Positions 40,558 through 50,676 of a DNA stretch of 64,000 nt are shown here, in pieces; the first letter of the stretch is position 1, and each line of letters starts with the position of its first letter. The notes under the pieces are model-generated. The model did not search any database. It was given only the letters and a program-made list of their open reading frames with translations, and was not told the origin of the DNA. The position numbers were made by a program, and so were the translations under genes. The stretch is from Bdellovibrionales bacterium (GTDB taxonomy: Bacteria > Bdellovibrionota > Bdellovibrionia > Bdellovibrionales > UBA1609): the NCBI GenBank assembly GCA_965261545.1, contig CBDHDF010000010.1, positions 96,001 to 160,000 on the forward strand, read 5' to 3'.

Positions 40558-41022
40558 TTAATTGTGTAACGAAAGAACTGTGGACTTTTGGGAACAACAG
40601 AATTTAAATTTCTTTCCACTTCCGCATGGACAGGATTGATTTCTTCCAATTTTTTCGCTTTGGTCATTTTTCTGCTGTGATGCAGACATATCTTCAGTTA
40701 CAATTTTTTTTTGCTTTTCATCTTCCAAATCCTCATCCAAATTATCAAAAAGAATATCTCCTAGATTCTGGTGAAAGTAACGATTTTTAAATTGAGATAT
40801 GAGCATCATAAAAATACATGTAAGAACCAAAAGTGTGAGTGAAGCAAAAAACAAAGAAGATGCTTGCATCTGAGTTAATGGGAGGATGAGTGCCAGTAAA
40901 TAACCAAATCCAAATACCAATAAGGAAATAAGAAGAGATATAAAGGATCCCAAAGAAAGTAATATTAAAAGTCCAAAAATCATTGCTATTTTTTGCTCCT
41001 GTCGAATACAATGAATCCGCAT
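40558..41022 (-). CDS. Membrane protein with a C-terminal SEC-C motif
   Basis: Two to three TMs, acidic linker, KIGRNQSCPCGSGKKFKFCC. Confidence 0.85.
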   Translation of the reverse strand: MRIHCIRQEQKIAMIFGLLILLSLGSFISLLISLLVFGFGYLLALILPLTQMQASSLFFASLTLLVLTCIFMMLISQFKNRYFHQNLGDILFDNLDEDLEDEKQKKIVTEDMSASQQKNDQSEKIGRNQSCPCGSGKKFKFCCSQKSTVLSLHN

Positions 41023-41127
41023 AGATACAAGTGAGTTATCTACAGACTTAATGATTCTCGCGTTAGTATCTTAATAGGTCAAGATTAATTGGAGGAAATT
41101 TTTATTTTTTAAACGCAGGGGGCAAAT

Positions 41128-42372
41128 ATGAGCACGGAAGCTCAAACACTTAAAACGATCAAAAAATGTTTCAAGAAAGTTATTCCTGAAAAGGACTCTC
41201 GGGCAACCATTCCACCTCTTGAGTTTATTGTGGCTCTTGTCTTGTCATTCCAGGGAGACTCTAAGACATATTCAATAGAGGGAATTAGGAGGTTTATGAT
41301 AAGTCATTTAGGATTAAGAATTGAAAGACACAGCTTCTGGGAAAGACTCTCTAGAAAAAGATTAAAAGAGCTTCTGAGTAAACTGGTTGAAATGCTCATG
41401 ATAAAGCTATCTCATGGAGCTTTTCATGGGAGCAAAGCCATATTATTACAACTGGGAGTCTCAGACGTTCTTCTTGTTGACTCAAGCACAATAAGCCTTT
41501 GGGATGGAGCATCTGAGAATTTTCCAGGGACAAGAACAAACGCAGGAATTAAATGGCACGCTTGTTTCAGTTTATTCAGTGGTATAATGACTTGGTTCGA
41601 ATTAACTCCGTCTTCCACTAACGATAGGAAGTGCTTTCCTGATATAAAGGAACTCGTTGGAAAATTAGTCATCTTTGATTTGGGATATTGGGACTATGGC
41701 TTATTGTCATCTATTCATGAAGCTAAAGGATTTTTCTTGTCTAGAGTAAAGTCAAATGCCTCTATTCTTATTGATGCTGTTGTTGAAGGTTTGCCAGATT
41801 ACTATGTTGGAAAAGAGTTCTCTGATATTAAACTCAAGAAAAAAAACGATGTTGTTGAATTTATAGGCAGTGTCTTGTCCAATGGTAAATGGGTAAGTTT
41901 GAGAATTGTAGGCTTCTGGAATTCCTCCGAAAAACGCTATCATTGGTATTGCACGAATTTAGATGTGGCAGCGGAGTCCATATATCCAATTTATCGTTTA
42001 CGTTGGCAATGTGAACTTATTTTCAAATCTTGTAAGAATTCTTTGAATGCAAATCAGATCACCTCAAACGATCAAAATATCATAGAGAGTCTTCTTCTTG
42101 CTTCATTAGCGGCTCACCTCACATCAAGTGTTGTTTTGAGGATAGGAAGAACTAAACTCAATAAGGAACAAAATGACTCCACATCGTTTCAAAGAGTTGC
42201 TAAGGTTACCGTCTTATTAGCCTCTGATTTTATCAAATATCTCCTAAGCTCATCTCAAAAGTATTTAAATATTTTGATAGAGAAGATCAAGATATTCTCC
42301 CATGAAATTTATGACACAAACTACCGACGGCGAAAAACATCAATGAATATGGCTAAAAAGGTCTTGCTATGA
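41128..42372 (+). CDS. IS4-family transposase
   Basis: LVDSSTI, IFDLGY, FLSRVK, YRLRWQCELIFK. Confidence 0.92.
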   Translation: MSTEAQTLKTIKKCFKKVIPEKDSRATIPPLEFIVALVLSFQGDSKTYSIEGIRRFMISHLGLRIERHSFWERLSRKRLKELLSKLVEMLMIKLSHGAFHGSKAILLQLGVSDVLLVDSSTISLWDGASENFPGTRTNAGIKWHACFSLFSGIMTWFELTPSSTNDRKCFPDIKELVGKLVIFDLGYWDYGLLSSIHEAKGFFLSRVKSNASILIDAVVEGLPDYYVGKEFSDIKLKKKNDVVEFIGSVLSNGKWVSLRIVGFWNSSEKRYHWYCTNLDVAAESIYPIYRLRWQCELIFKSCKNSLNANQITSNDQNIIESLLLASLAAHLTSSVVLRIGRTKLNKEQNDSTSFQRVAKVTVLLASDFIKYLLSSSQKYLNILIEKIKIFSHEIYDTNYRRRKTSMNMAKKVLL

Positions 42373-42424
42373 AAGAATAAAAAACCACGAACACCTATGT
42401 GCTTCTTGGTTGATTAAAAATTAT

Positions 42425-42877
42425 TTATTTTTCTTTCTTTCTCTCTTTCTTTTCTTTGTCTTCTCTTTCTTTTTCTTGTTTAATGACTTCTTTCTTTGCT
42501 TCTTTCTTAAGGGAGTGAAACACAGTCATACCTAGACGAGCATTAAAATCACTAAAGCTTTTTCCGTACTCCATTCTTATCTGATTTCTTATCTCTAACA
42601 TCTGCTCATGACTATTATTCCCTGATGGTGTTTGAAACCAAAAAATGACGATTCTTTTCTTGTAATCAAATTCAAGGTCCAGTTCGGGGTTATCTTTAAA
42701 CATTGTCTTCACGCCACGCAGAGCAAGGGGGTCATCATCATTTAAATGATCTCCAAAAATTCTTCTCAGTGTTCCTCGAATGGCAAGGGTTGCCAAATCT
42801 AAATCATGAAAGCACTCTTTATGAACTGTGAATGGGTTAGGAATTTCACCCAAATTGGACATAACAGGATCATCCAT
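42425..42877 (-). CDS. Hypothetical protein
   Basis: 150 aa, GGAGG RBS, charged tail. Confidence 0.6.
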   Translation of the reverse strand: MDDPVMSNLGEIPNPFTVHKECFHDLDLATLAIRGTLRRIFGDHLNDDDPLALRGVKTMFKDNPELDLEFDYKKRIVIFWFQTPSGNNSHEQMLEIRNQIRMEYGKSFSDFNARLGMTVFHSLKKEAKKEVIKQEKEREDKEKKERKKEK

Positions 42878-42999
42878 AAGACCTCCTTACATATTTAAAG
42901 TATGTTAACTTACTTATAGTAAGTCAAGTTGTATGGAGAGAAAAAATCCCAATACTCAATTACTTAGACTCACTCACCTTTTTATGGTAATTTTTCTAA

Positions 43000-43491
43000 G
43001 TGGTGGTGAAGGAAGAAAAGACAGCGGAAGGAACGAGTCACTTCAAAGTGACGAAGAAAAAAGTTGCGGGGCGTCCAAGCACAAGAGATGAAGAAATTCG
43101 TTGTTTTGTGAAAGACCTTCATCACTCGTATTTGCCTAATAACGAAGCTATGAAGCAGTGTTCCAAGGAAGCTGGAATATCACTGTCCACTATTCAGCAA
43201 GCCAAAACGGATGGAAAAGGAAGCATTGAAACCCATTTGAGTATTTTTTTAAATCAAACGGGGCTGACCACCTCTAACCTTAGAAAAATGCTCCCAGAGA
43301 TTCGGAATATCTCAAAGTATGCTGGGCATTATTCTCTTTTAGAAGAAAAGCTTGAGGCTGTCCTTACAAAGTATTCTGTGGATCAGGTGATTGTGATTCT
43401 TGAATTGATGCTGGCCAAGGAGAAGGTGGAAAGCAGTTTGGGGCTGAGTAAGAACACAAGCAAGCCCAGAGATTCCCTCGATGAAAAATAG
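43000..43491 (+). CDS. Hypothetical protein, possible HTH regulator
   Basis: SKEAGISLSTIQQ is HTH-like; divergent from 42425-42877. Confidence 0.5.
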   Translation: MVVKEEKTAEGTSHFKVTKKKVAGRPSTRDEEIRCFVKDLHHSYLPNNEAMKQCSKEAGISLSTIQQAKTDGKGSIETHLSIFLNQTGLTTSNLRKMLPEIRNISKYAGHYSLLEEKLEAVLTKYSVDQVIVILELMLAKEKVESSLGLSKNTSKPRDSLDEK

Positions 43492-44166
43492 CTTCCATTT
43501 AATCAATGACGCATATCGCAGATCTGTGATGCGTTACGTTATTCTCGTGGTATTATAGAGAATACCAACCAAGGTGAGTAAGAGCGTCTGCCCTCGGCTT
43601 CTCAACCCAAATTTTTATTGAACCCACTGACCCATCTCACAACACGGCCTCCCTTCCATGGTGTTTCCCAAGCCCTTACTAAACCCAATCATCCACCTGA
43701 AACTGTGGCGGCACAAAGTTCTTTTCCTCAGCATCTAGGAATGGCAAGCTAATTGAATTGAGGCATTGTTGTGGCTGCCTCTCCGGGCCAAATGAGATTG
43801 TGGAAAAGCACCTTCATGGTGCGCCCTTTTACGTCACTTGTGTTGAAAAAATTGATAGTTTTTGCCCCCACCCCCTTTCATGCAACCTCATTCACTTTAG
43901 AGCCTCTCAGGTCGAATCTCAAGCAATCAAATAGCATAAATAGCGTTGTCCCAAAAATGGCCTTGTTTAAATAGGAGGTCGCCTTAAATGGACCATGGGT
44001 GGTCCATTGAAGATATTTAAATATTTCAGAAAAAAAGTGTGTCATTCCATAATGATAAATACTTTTCCTTTGCACATACTTCATATTTTGACCCAAATTT
44101 TGGTCAATGGAATGACAGTGAGATGGTGTGAGTGCCTTGAAACCCACTTAGGTTTGAATACAGATT

Positions 44167-44182
44167 TGGCATGATTTATGCT
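44167..44182 (+). promoter_or_regulatory. Sigma54 (-24/-12) promoter
   Basis: TGGCATGATTTATGCT = GG-N10-GC, upstream of a sigma54 activator operon; dyads at 44040-44117. Confidence 0.7.
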
Positions 44183-45508
44183 TATAAAAATCTATGAAAG
44201 CATTTTTTAATTTACATCATTTGAACTTACATCATAAAGGCTCATATATTTTTAGGTCTATATTAGAAACCACATCTTTTGATTTACTCCCCATCATAGC
44301 CTCTAAATATTACAGGAAAGAAAAGAACTAAGAAGAATTAAGAAGAATTAAGAAGAATTAAGAATAAGGTGTCACGCCCACCTATATATGAAAGTCTATA
44401 AAAGACATGTTCATAACATGAAAGACATGCTCATATAGTTCATATAGATATATAGGTCGTATAAAGGGCTGTAGGCAATAGATTCGATTCTACAATAGTG
44501 GGAGGTATCAATCAATGAACTATAAAATTCTTATCGCCGATGACCAAGAATCTGTTCTTGATAATTTTCGAGAAATGTTCAAGAACCATTTGGACATTGA
44601 GCCCACCCTGACCCAACAATCCTTGGATGCCTTAAAGCTTATCCAAGAAAACCCCTATGATTATGCCGTTGTTGTTCTGGACTATCATTTTGAAGGTCAA
44701 AAACTCAATGGAGCGCAGGTGGCTCAAGAGATTCTTAAGATCAACCCCAAGCTGATTGTTCTTATTTGCACAGGGGACATGGGTCGAGAAGCTCCTATTT
44801 CTTGTCTCAAGGCCGGAGTGAGTGACTTCATTCAAAAAGACGAACCCCTTGATAAGATTATTGCTAGAATTAGATCCAATTTTAGGAAGTTTGATGAACT
44901 CTCACGAGTGGTGACAAGCAAATCCACCCAATATCAGTCCCACCAAAAAGAATTTGAAGAGGCATCTCTGATTTCAAAATTGGGTATGGTCGGTTGCTCT
45001 GCATCTATGGCTTCAGTGGCACAAAAGGTCTTGACCTTGAGTAAAAATGGAGGGGATAAATCGACAATACTTATTCGTTGTTAGGCGCCAATTAAAATTG
45101 GCCATTTTTAGAAGCCGTCGCCAATGAAAAACGGCCAGTTGATGATGTACTGATTTAGTTATTCTTCGTTCAGAGTTTAGTCAAGTGTCTTTATTTTGCT
45201 CATCATTTAACTCGGACTATGCCACAAGATTCTGAGGAATGATTTTCTGCCCACCACTTTTGGCATGACCCCAAATGCATCCTTCAGCCCTATGGCAGAG
45301 GTAAATGGAGTATTTTTCAGGATTCCTTGGCGCAGCTAATGTCTAAAGCTCCGCGAGAGTGACGAGCAAATAGTACGGTAAAAGCCAGTTATCCATAAAT
45401 TTATCCATGGCGACACTGCGGCTGTGACCCCGATGTCTAGCAACGCAGTGCTGCTGTGGATAAATTTTGTGGATAACTGGCGAGTTCCTTCCCCAAAAGT
45501 GGGGATCT

Positions 45509-46291
45509 CTAATGAACTTCTTTGGTTGAACTTTCCTCTTTGCTCTGTTTAGACTTGGCTTTTGCCGATTCGGTTCTCCAACTTTCTTTTCCTTCAATGT
45601 TGAGGGTTTCACAGTTGTGAATAATTCGATCAACAGCAGCAGCGGTGGTAATAGGGTTAAGAAACACCTTATCCCATTCAGAGTAAGTTAAGTTTGTAGT
45701 GATCATGAGACTTTTCCTTTCATATCGCTGAGATATGAATTGAAAGAAAAGATCAGCACCCTCTGTGCAGGAAGCTGTATAGCCAAGTTCATCACAAGCA
45801 ATAAGATCAAAACGGTCTAATTTCTTAAAAAGAGCATTCAATGAGAGTTCTTTCTTGCTTTCACGCATTGTTTCAATAAGTTCATGAGTGGTGACCCATA
45901 AACATCGATAGCCTTGTTCACAGAGTGAACGAACTAGGGACATGGCCAAATGACTTTTCCCCATTCCAAAGCTTCCGTAAAACACAACATTACAGGCTTT
46001 TCTGACCCACTCTCCCTCTGCCATCCAATTAATTTGCTGAGCTGTCACTCCCGTTCTTTTCTGGAAGTTATAAGTTTGGAGTGATTTAAGTTGAGGAAGC
46101 TTGGCCCCCTTAAGCAATCTTTTCACTCTCTGGGAATGCTTGTCAGCAAGCTCATTTTGAACGAGTATACCTAAATACTGTTCATACGTCTTTTTTGTTT
46201 TTTCGGCAACTCTAGCCGTTGCAACATATTCATCCGCCATCGCTGGAAGTCGGAGTTTTTTAAGAGAACCTATAAGTTCTTCGTGATTCAT
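45509..46291 (-). CDS. istB: IS21 helper ATPase
   Basis: GSFGMGKSH, CDELGY, RYERKS, TTN, DRIIH. Confidence 0.93.
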   Translation of the reverse strand: MNHEELIGSLKKLRLPAMADEYVATARVAEKTKKTYEQYLGILVQNELADKHSQRVKRLLKGAKLPQLKSLQTYNFQKRTGVTAQQINWMAEGEWVRKACNVVFYGSFGMGKSHLAMSLVRSLCEQGYRCLWVTTHELIETMRESKKELSLNALFKKLDRFDLIACDELGYTASCTEGADLFFQFISQRYERKSLMITTNLTYSEWDKVFLNPITTAAAVDRIIHNCETLNIEGKESWRTESAKAKSKQSKEESSTKEVH

Positions 46292-47757
46292 TAAGAACCT
46301 CCTATGTTTGGAACAAGACTGTCATATTGAGACAATCTAGGTTGAAGTGGTTTTTGTTGGTCATTCAAATTAATTTTGGTGGGATTGCCTAAGAGCAAAT
46401 CTTTTATGGATTTAAAGTCGAAAATCTCACGACTTTCTAATTGAAGCTCCATGGCTGTAGATAAGTCCTGCCAACTCACATGCTGAATCAAGTTGATAAC
46501 TCTTAAATATTCATGCTCGGCACGGCTTGAATCTTGTTGCTTGAGGTATTGATAAAAATTTTCAAACACATTTGTTGGAAAAAGAATGGATCGGTGAGCC
46601 CATCTTACCATGGCTTGCGGCTTACGAACTAAAGAGGGAAGGATATGTTCAAGAAGAAGACTATGCTCCCCATCAGGTTTTCTTTGATGGCGAGCGACAA
46701 TTTCTTGCTTCCCTCCTGCACGATAGATCGTGACATGATAGGGACCCTGTACGGTTTTACAGGGAGATTGGATCACCTCATCAGGTATGGAATATGTGGT
46801 TTTACCTATTCTCAAAGTCCCATAACCATTACTTTGACAAATATTCACCTTACAGAGAATATCTTCATCTCGTGGAGGCAAAGGCTTAAGAACTTTGGCC
46901 TCCTCCTCAAAGCGAGATTTGGTGGAGTCACTCTGATGCTGATCCATATAAGACTCTAAAAACTGATTCAAATGATCCCAGTCTTTAAAAACAATTCCTT
47001 TGTTTCTAACAATATTTTTTATCCGAGAACTGAAGGTTCGAATATCACGCTCCACATCTCCCTTGTCAGAGCCCTTCCCTGCGCGGCAGGGAAGAACCTT
47101 AAATCCATAGTATTGGATGGCTCGATCAAAAGATTGGGTGTAAATTCGCTGATTTCCTTTAAGAACTTTCTTCACACAGGGAGATAAATTATCAATACGG
47201 ATGTTCGCACTCATCCCACCTATCTTTTCAAAAAAAGCATGCACCCCATCGATGAAACACTCATAGACAAGAAAGGGGTAGGCACGAACCCAACAGGTGC
47301 CACTACAAGGCAATGTTCCAAAATGGAGATGAACGATCTGAACACCATCGGCAAATGGTAAAGCAACCTTCTCCTTAAAATCAAACTGAGCCTGTTCTCC
47401 AGGATCATATCTTTGGCTGAAAAAACGCTCCTTGGGGCGAGAACCAAGAATCTCACAAACTCTTCTCTGAACCGTTCTCTCACTCCCACGATAACCCTCC
47501 TCAACTAATAGCTCATATATTTCACGGGCGGTGTTACTTGGGTTCAACTTCAAAAAGTACTTCACCCGATCCATATATCCATTAAGGGGATCTGGGCGAG
47601 TTCTTTTGGACCTCGCCTTGTACTTCGGTGGGGTGTTGGACTCACAGTACTTGCGCACCGTCTTACGATTGATCCCTAATTCACGAGATATTTCTGTCTT
47701 ATTTTTACCACTGTGACTCAGGTCACGAATGCGGCCGAAAGTGTATTGACTAATCAT
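46291..47757 (-). CDS. istA: IS21 transposase
   Basis: HTH ISRELGINRKTVRKY, PGEQAQFDF, DNL, KGDVE; probable ATG at 47757. Confidence 0.92.
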   Translation of the reverse strand: MISQYTFGRIRDLSHSGKNKTEISRELGINRKTVRKYCESNTPPKYKARSKRTRPDPLNGYMDRVKYFLKLNPSNTAREIYELLVEEGYRGSERTVQRRVCEILGSRPKERFFSQRYDPGEQAQFDFKEKVALPFADGVQIVHLHFGTLPCSGTCWVRAYPFLVYECFIDGVHAFFEKIGGMSANIRIDNLSPCVKKVLKGNQRIYTQSFDRAIQYYGFKVLPCRAGKGSDKGDVERDIRTFSSRIKNIVRNKGIVFKDWDHLNQFLESYMDQHQSDSTKSRFEEEAKVLKPLPPRDEDILCKVNICQSNGYGTLRIGKTTYSIPDEVIQSPCKTVQGPYHVTIYRAGGKQEIVARHQRKPDGEHSLLLEHILPSLVRKPQAMVRWAHRSILFPTNVFENFYQYLKQQDSSRAEHEYLRVINLIQHVSWQDLSTAMELQLESREIFDFKSIKDLLLGNPTKINLNDQQKPLQPRLSQYDSLVPNIGGS

Positions 47758-49192
47758 AAGATCCTCCTCATTGCTAACCTTTTGAGTTGCAAAAGGGAGG
47801 GACTCTGTGAGCTTAGTATCTATATCAGAAGAAGAGACTTCATTGTCTAGTATTTGAACACTCCCTGAAGATTGGTCACTTTTCATTGGCGACAACCTCC
47901 ATATTGAAAGTGGGACATTTTAATTGGCGACGGCTTTAAGGGAAGCCTGTCTTCAAAAAGAAATTCCATGAAAATTGAGGCAAATGTTGGAATCTTGTGG
48001 AATTTAAATACTTTAGAAAATGGGCACAGCCTAAACAGGCTTTTCTTGACTATATATTTAACCTCATTGAAATCCAGAAACAGTCTACAAATGAGAAATA
48101 TGGAACCTGAATAGGCTGTCATGGAAGGACTCTCCAACACGGAGCCCCTTTCCAGGTCGACAAGAACCCAAAAGGAGTTCTTATCAGCTCGGAGCCTTTT
48201 TATGAGTAATATCAATTGATTATATGCGTCTCGGTTGACAATGCCAAAAATCACCATAGGTCCTCCTCTGAAAAGTGGCCACTTTTCATTGGCGACGGTG
48301 GGGCATTTTAATTGTCAGCTAACATTCGTGGTGAGTCGGGAACAGGAAAAGAGCTTGTTGCAAGAGCCATTCATGAAAACTCATCTCGAAAGGCAAAGCT
48401 TCGCATTGATATCAATTGTGCTTCTATTCCAGAGGGTCTTTTAGAATCAGAGTTTTTTGGCCATGAAAAGGGAGCCTTTACGGGAGCGGATAAAAAGCGA
48501 CTTGGTAAGTTTCAGGTGGCCACAGGTGGTACAATTTTTCTTGATGAAATTGGTGAAATGCCCAAAGAACTTCAGGCTAAACTTCTTCGAGTCTTACAAG
48601 AAAAAACCATTGAACCCATTGGCTCCAACTCTCCCATACCTGTGGACGTTCGAGTGATTGCCGCAACACATGTGAACCTTGAGGAAAAGGTTGAATCTGG
48701 GGAATTTAGGGAAGACCTCTTTTATCGACTGAACCAAATACCCCTCTTTATTCCCTCCCTAAGAGAGCGTCCCGAAGACGTTGCCCCCTTGGTCACCCAC
48801 TTTATGGACAAGCACTCTGGGAGAGAAAAGAAAAAACTCATGTATAAGACCTTGCAATACTTAAAATCTTACCAGTGGAATGGCAATATTCGTGAACTCG
48901 AAAACACCATCAAGCAATTGGTTGTTTTAACCCCCAGTGATGAGATTCGTCCAGAGCATCTTGATGCTAAGATATTTGAAGCCAACAGCAGGGCGGCCAC
49001 AATGTCGTATCCAGAGTTTAAAAATATTGTGAATAAAAAAGTCGAAGAGGAAGAAAAAGAATTTCTTGTCTCAAGAATAAGAGCTTATCCCTCCTTAAGA
49101 GCTGCGGCAAAGGCTCTGTCTATACCAAAAACCTCACTCCAGAGAAAACTCTCTGAATGGGGATATTCTTCAAAGGGCGAGGGGGTGTTGGT

Positions 49193-50275
49193 ATGAGTTT
49201 CTTAAAAACAATGGAAGACTATCTACTCAAAAAGGTTATAAAGCATATTGGAGGCCAAAAAAGCATGGCCATTCAACTGGATATTACAAATGCTTGCAAC
49301 CTTAAATGTTCCCACTGTTACCATTCCCATCATAAAAATACGGGAGCTTTAAACCTTGAAGGCTGGCTTGAGATTCTTGACCAGTACGACAAGATGCTTC
49401 AAACTCTCAAGCTACAGCCCTATATTGTGATTTGCGGCGGGGAGCCCACATTAAGTCCCTATCTTTTTTCTATTCTAAAAAGAGCCAATGAGCTTTGGGA
49501 AAGTCCCACCATTACAATTCTTACCAATGGTACAAAGCTTACAGACAAACTACTGTCTTCCCTCAGTGAGTACAATATGCGGTTTCAGGTCTCTCTAGAC
49601 GGTCCTGATGCTAAGAGGCATGATGCTCTTCGTGGTAAAGGGAATTTCCAAAAGGCACTGGAGGGAGCCAAACGGGCCAAGCAGTACGGCATTGAGACAA
49701 ATATTCTAAGTATTTTATCAAAGAAGACCTCCCATTGGATTCCAGAGTTCTTTCAAATGGTCAAAGAAAACGACCTTAACTCTATGGGCTTTACACGATT
49801 TATTCCACAGGGTTTTGGCGCAGAGCTTGTCGAAACTGGGGGAGATGATTCCTTGTATGGTTTTGAACTCAGGGATGCCATGAAGTCCATCATTTATTTT
49901 TCAAAGAAATCTGGGGTGCGAACTTCAACAGACCACCCCTTATATCACCTTATTGACCCCAAGCTTGGTCATAATGGCCGCTTTGGATTCCAAGGACTTG
50001 TAGTGGACTACAAAGGTAACTTGAAGGTTTCTAGCAGAGCCAATTACATACTTGGAAATGTACTCGGCGAAGGTCTGCAAAATTTGTTCTTACACCATCC
50101 TTTAATGAAGGATTTGAGAAACTCCCAAAAGATCAATGGATGTGGTGATTGTATGTATTATGCACGATGTGGTGGAGATAGAAATATAAGCTATGCCACA
50201 ACGGGAAGTTTTTTAGAAAAAGACAAAGGATGTTGGATTCATCCAAGAACTATCAAGAAAGGAGTTGTCGCATGA
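49193..50275 (+). CDS. Radical SAM protein with a SPASM-like C-terminal domain (putative peptide maturase)
   Basis: [21 protein letters not shown]...HDALRG, C-terminal [13 protein letters not shown]...C; ATGA overlap with the regulator stop. Confidence 0.9.
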   Translation: MSFLKTMEDYLLKKVIKHIGGQKSMAIQLDITNACNLKCSHCYHSHHKNTGALNLEGWLEILDQYDKMLQTLKLQPYIVICGGEPTLSPYLFSILKRANELWESPTITILTNGTKLTDKLLSSLSEYNMRFQVSLDGPDAKRHDALRGKGNFQKALEGAKRAKQYGIETNILSILSKKTSHWIPEFFQMVKENDLNSMGFTRFIPQGFGAELVETGGDDSLYGFELRDAMKSIIYFSKKSGVRTSTDHPLYHLIDPKLGHNGRFGFQGLVVDYKGNLKVSSRANYILGNVLGEGLQNLFLHHPLMKDLRNSQKINGCGDCMYYARCGGDRNISYATTGSFLEKDKGCWIHPRTIKKGVVA

Positions 50276-50643
50276 AAAAAATAACAAGGAAAATAAAAAG
50301 AAGAAGCTTATTATTTCTTCTGTCTTTAGTGCCCATACAGTCTCTTGCTTTTGCTGTGGATTTTTCTTCAAAATTAGGAAAGAACAGAGAATCTCTAGGC
50401 AATCATAATTATGAAGAAGAGATGGTAAATCGTTTGTTGGAAGGAAGTATGCCTGAAAAATATTATGATCTTATGGATAAGCATCATGTGAAGCATCCCG
50501 AAGATTTATATCTTAATGAATTTCAGTCACAGAGAATCCTCTTAAAAAGAGAATTTATCAATGATCTCTATGCTTCCAATGAAACAGAAGATGGAATTGA
50601 TAAAGAAACAAGTGGAGCTATGAGTGACTTTCTGTGGCCATAA
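50272..50643 (+). CDS. Small exported protein, candidate RiPP/signal precursor (123 aa)
   Basis: AAAGGAG RBS, ATGA overlap with the rSAM stop, Sec-type signal peptide (AFA), C-terminus ...DKETSGAMSDFLWP. Confidence 0.7.
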   Translation: MKKITRKIKRRSLLFLLSLVPIQSLAFAVDFSSKLGKNRESLGNHNYEEEMVNRLLEGSMPEKYYDLMDKHHVKHPEDLYLNEFQSQRILLKREFINDLYASNETEDGIDKETSGAMSDFLWP

Positions 50644-50676
50644 TTCATGGACGAAACAGTTTGAGAGTCTTGTAAA

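Larger units (their letters stand above)
40382..42399 (+). mobile_element. IS4-family element with a passenger gene
   Basis: Perfect 21-bp IRs cataggtgttcgtggtttttt; 10-bp target duplication TGCTTCTTGG (40372-40381, 42400-42409). Confidence 0.9.
45079..48324 (-). mobile_element. IS21-family element
   Basis: TGTTAG...CTAACA ends, multiple cgcca..aaa repeats, 5-bp TTCGT target duplication. Confidence 0.93.
44515..49196 (+). pseudogene. NtrC-family sigma54 response regulator interrupted by IS21
   Basis: Receiver domain at 44515-45078. Removing the IS and one TTCGT restores [35 protein letters not shown] and a C-terminal HTH follow. Confidence 0.93.

Noticed and set aside
44319..44365. aagaagaatt tandem repeat as a regulatory switch
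   Set aside because: Visible, but similar micro-repeats are common across the window and nothing indicates function.
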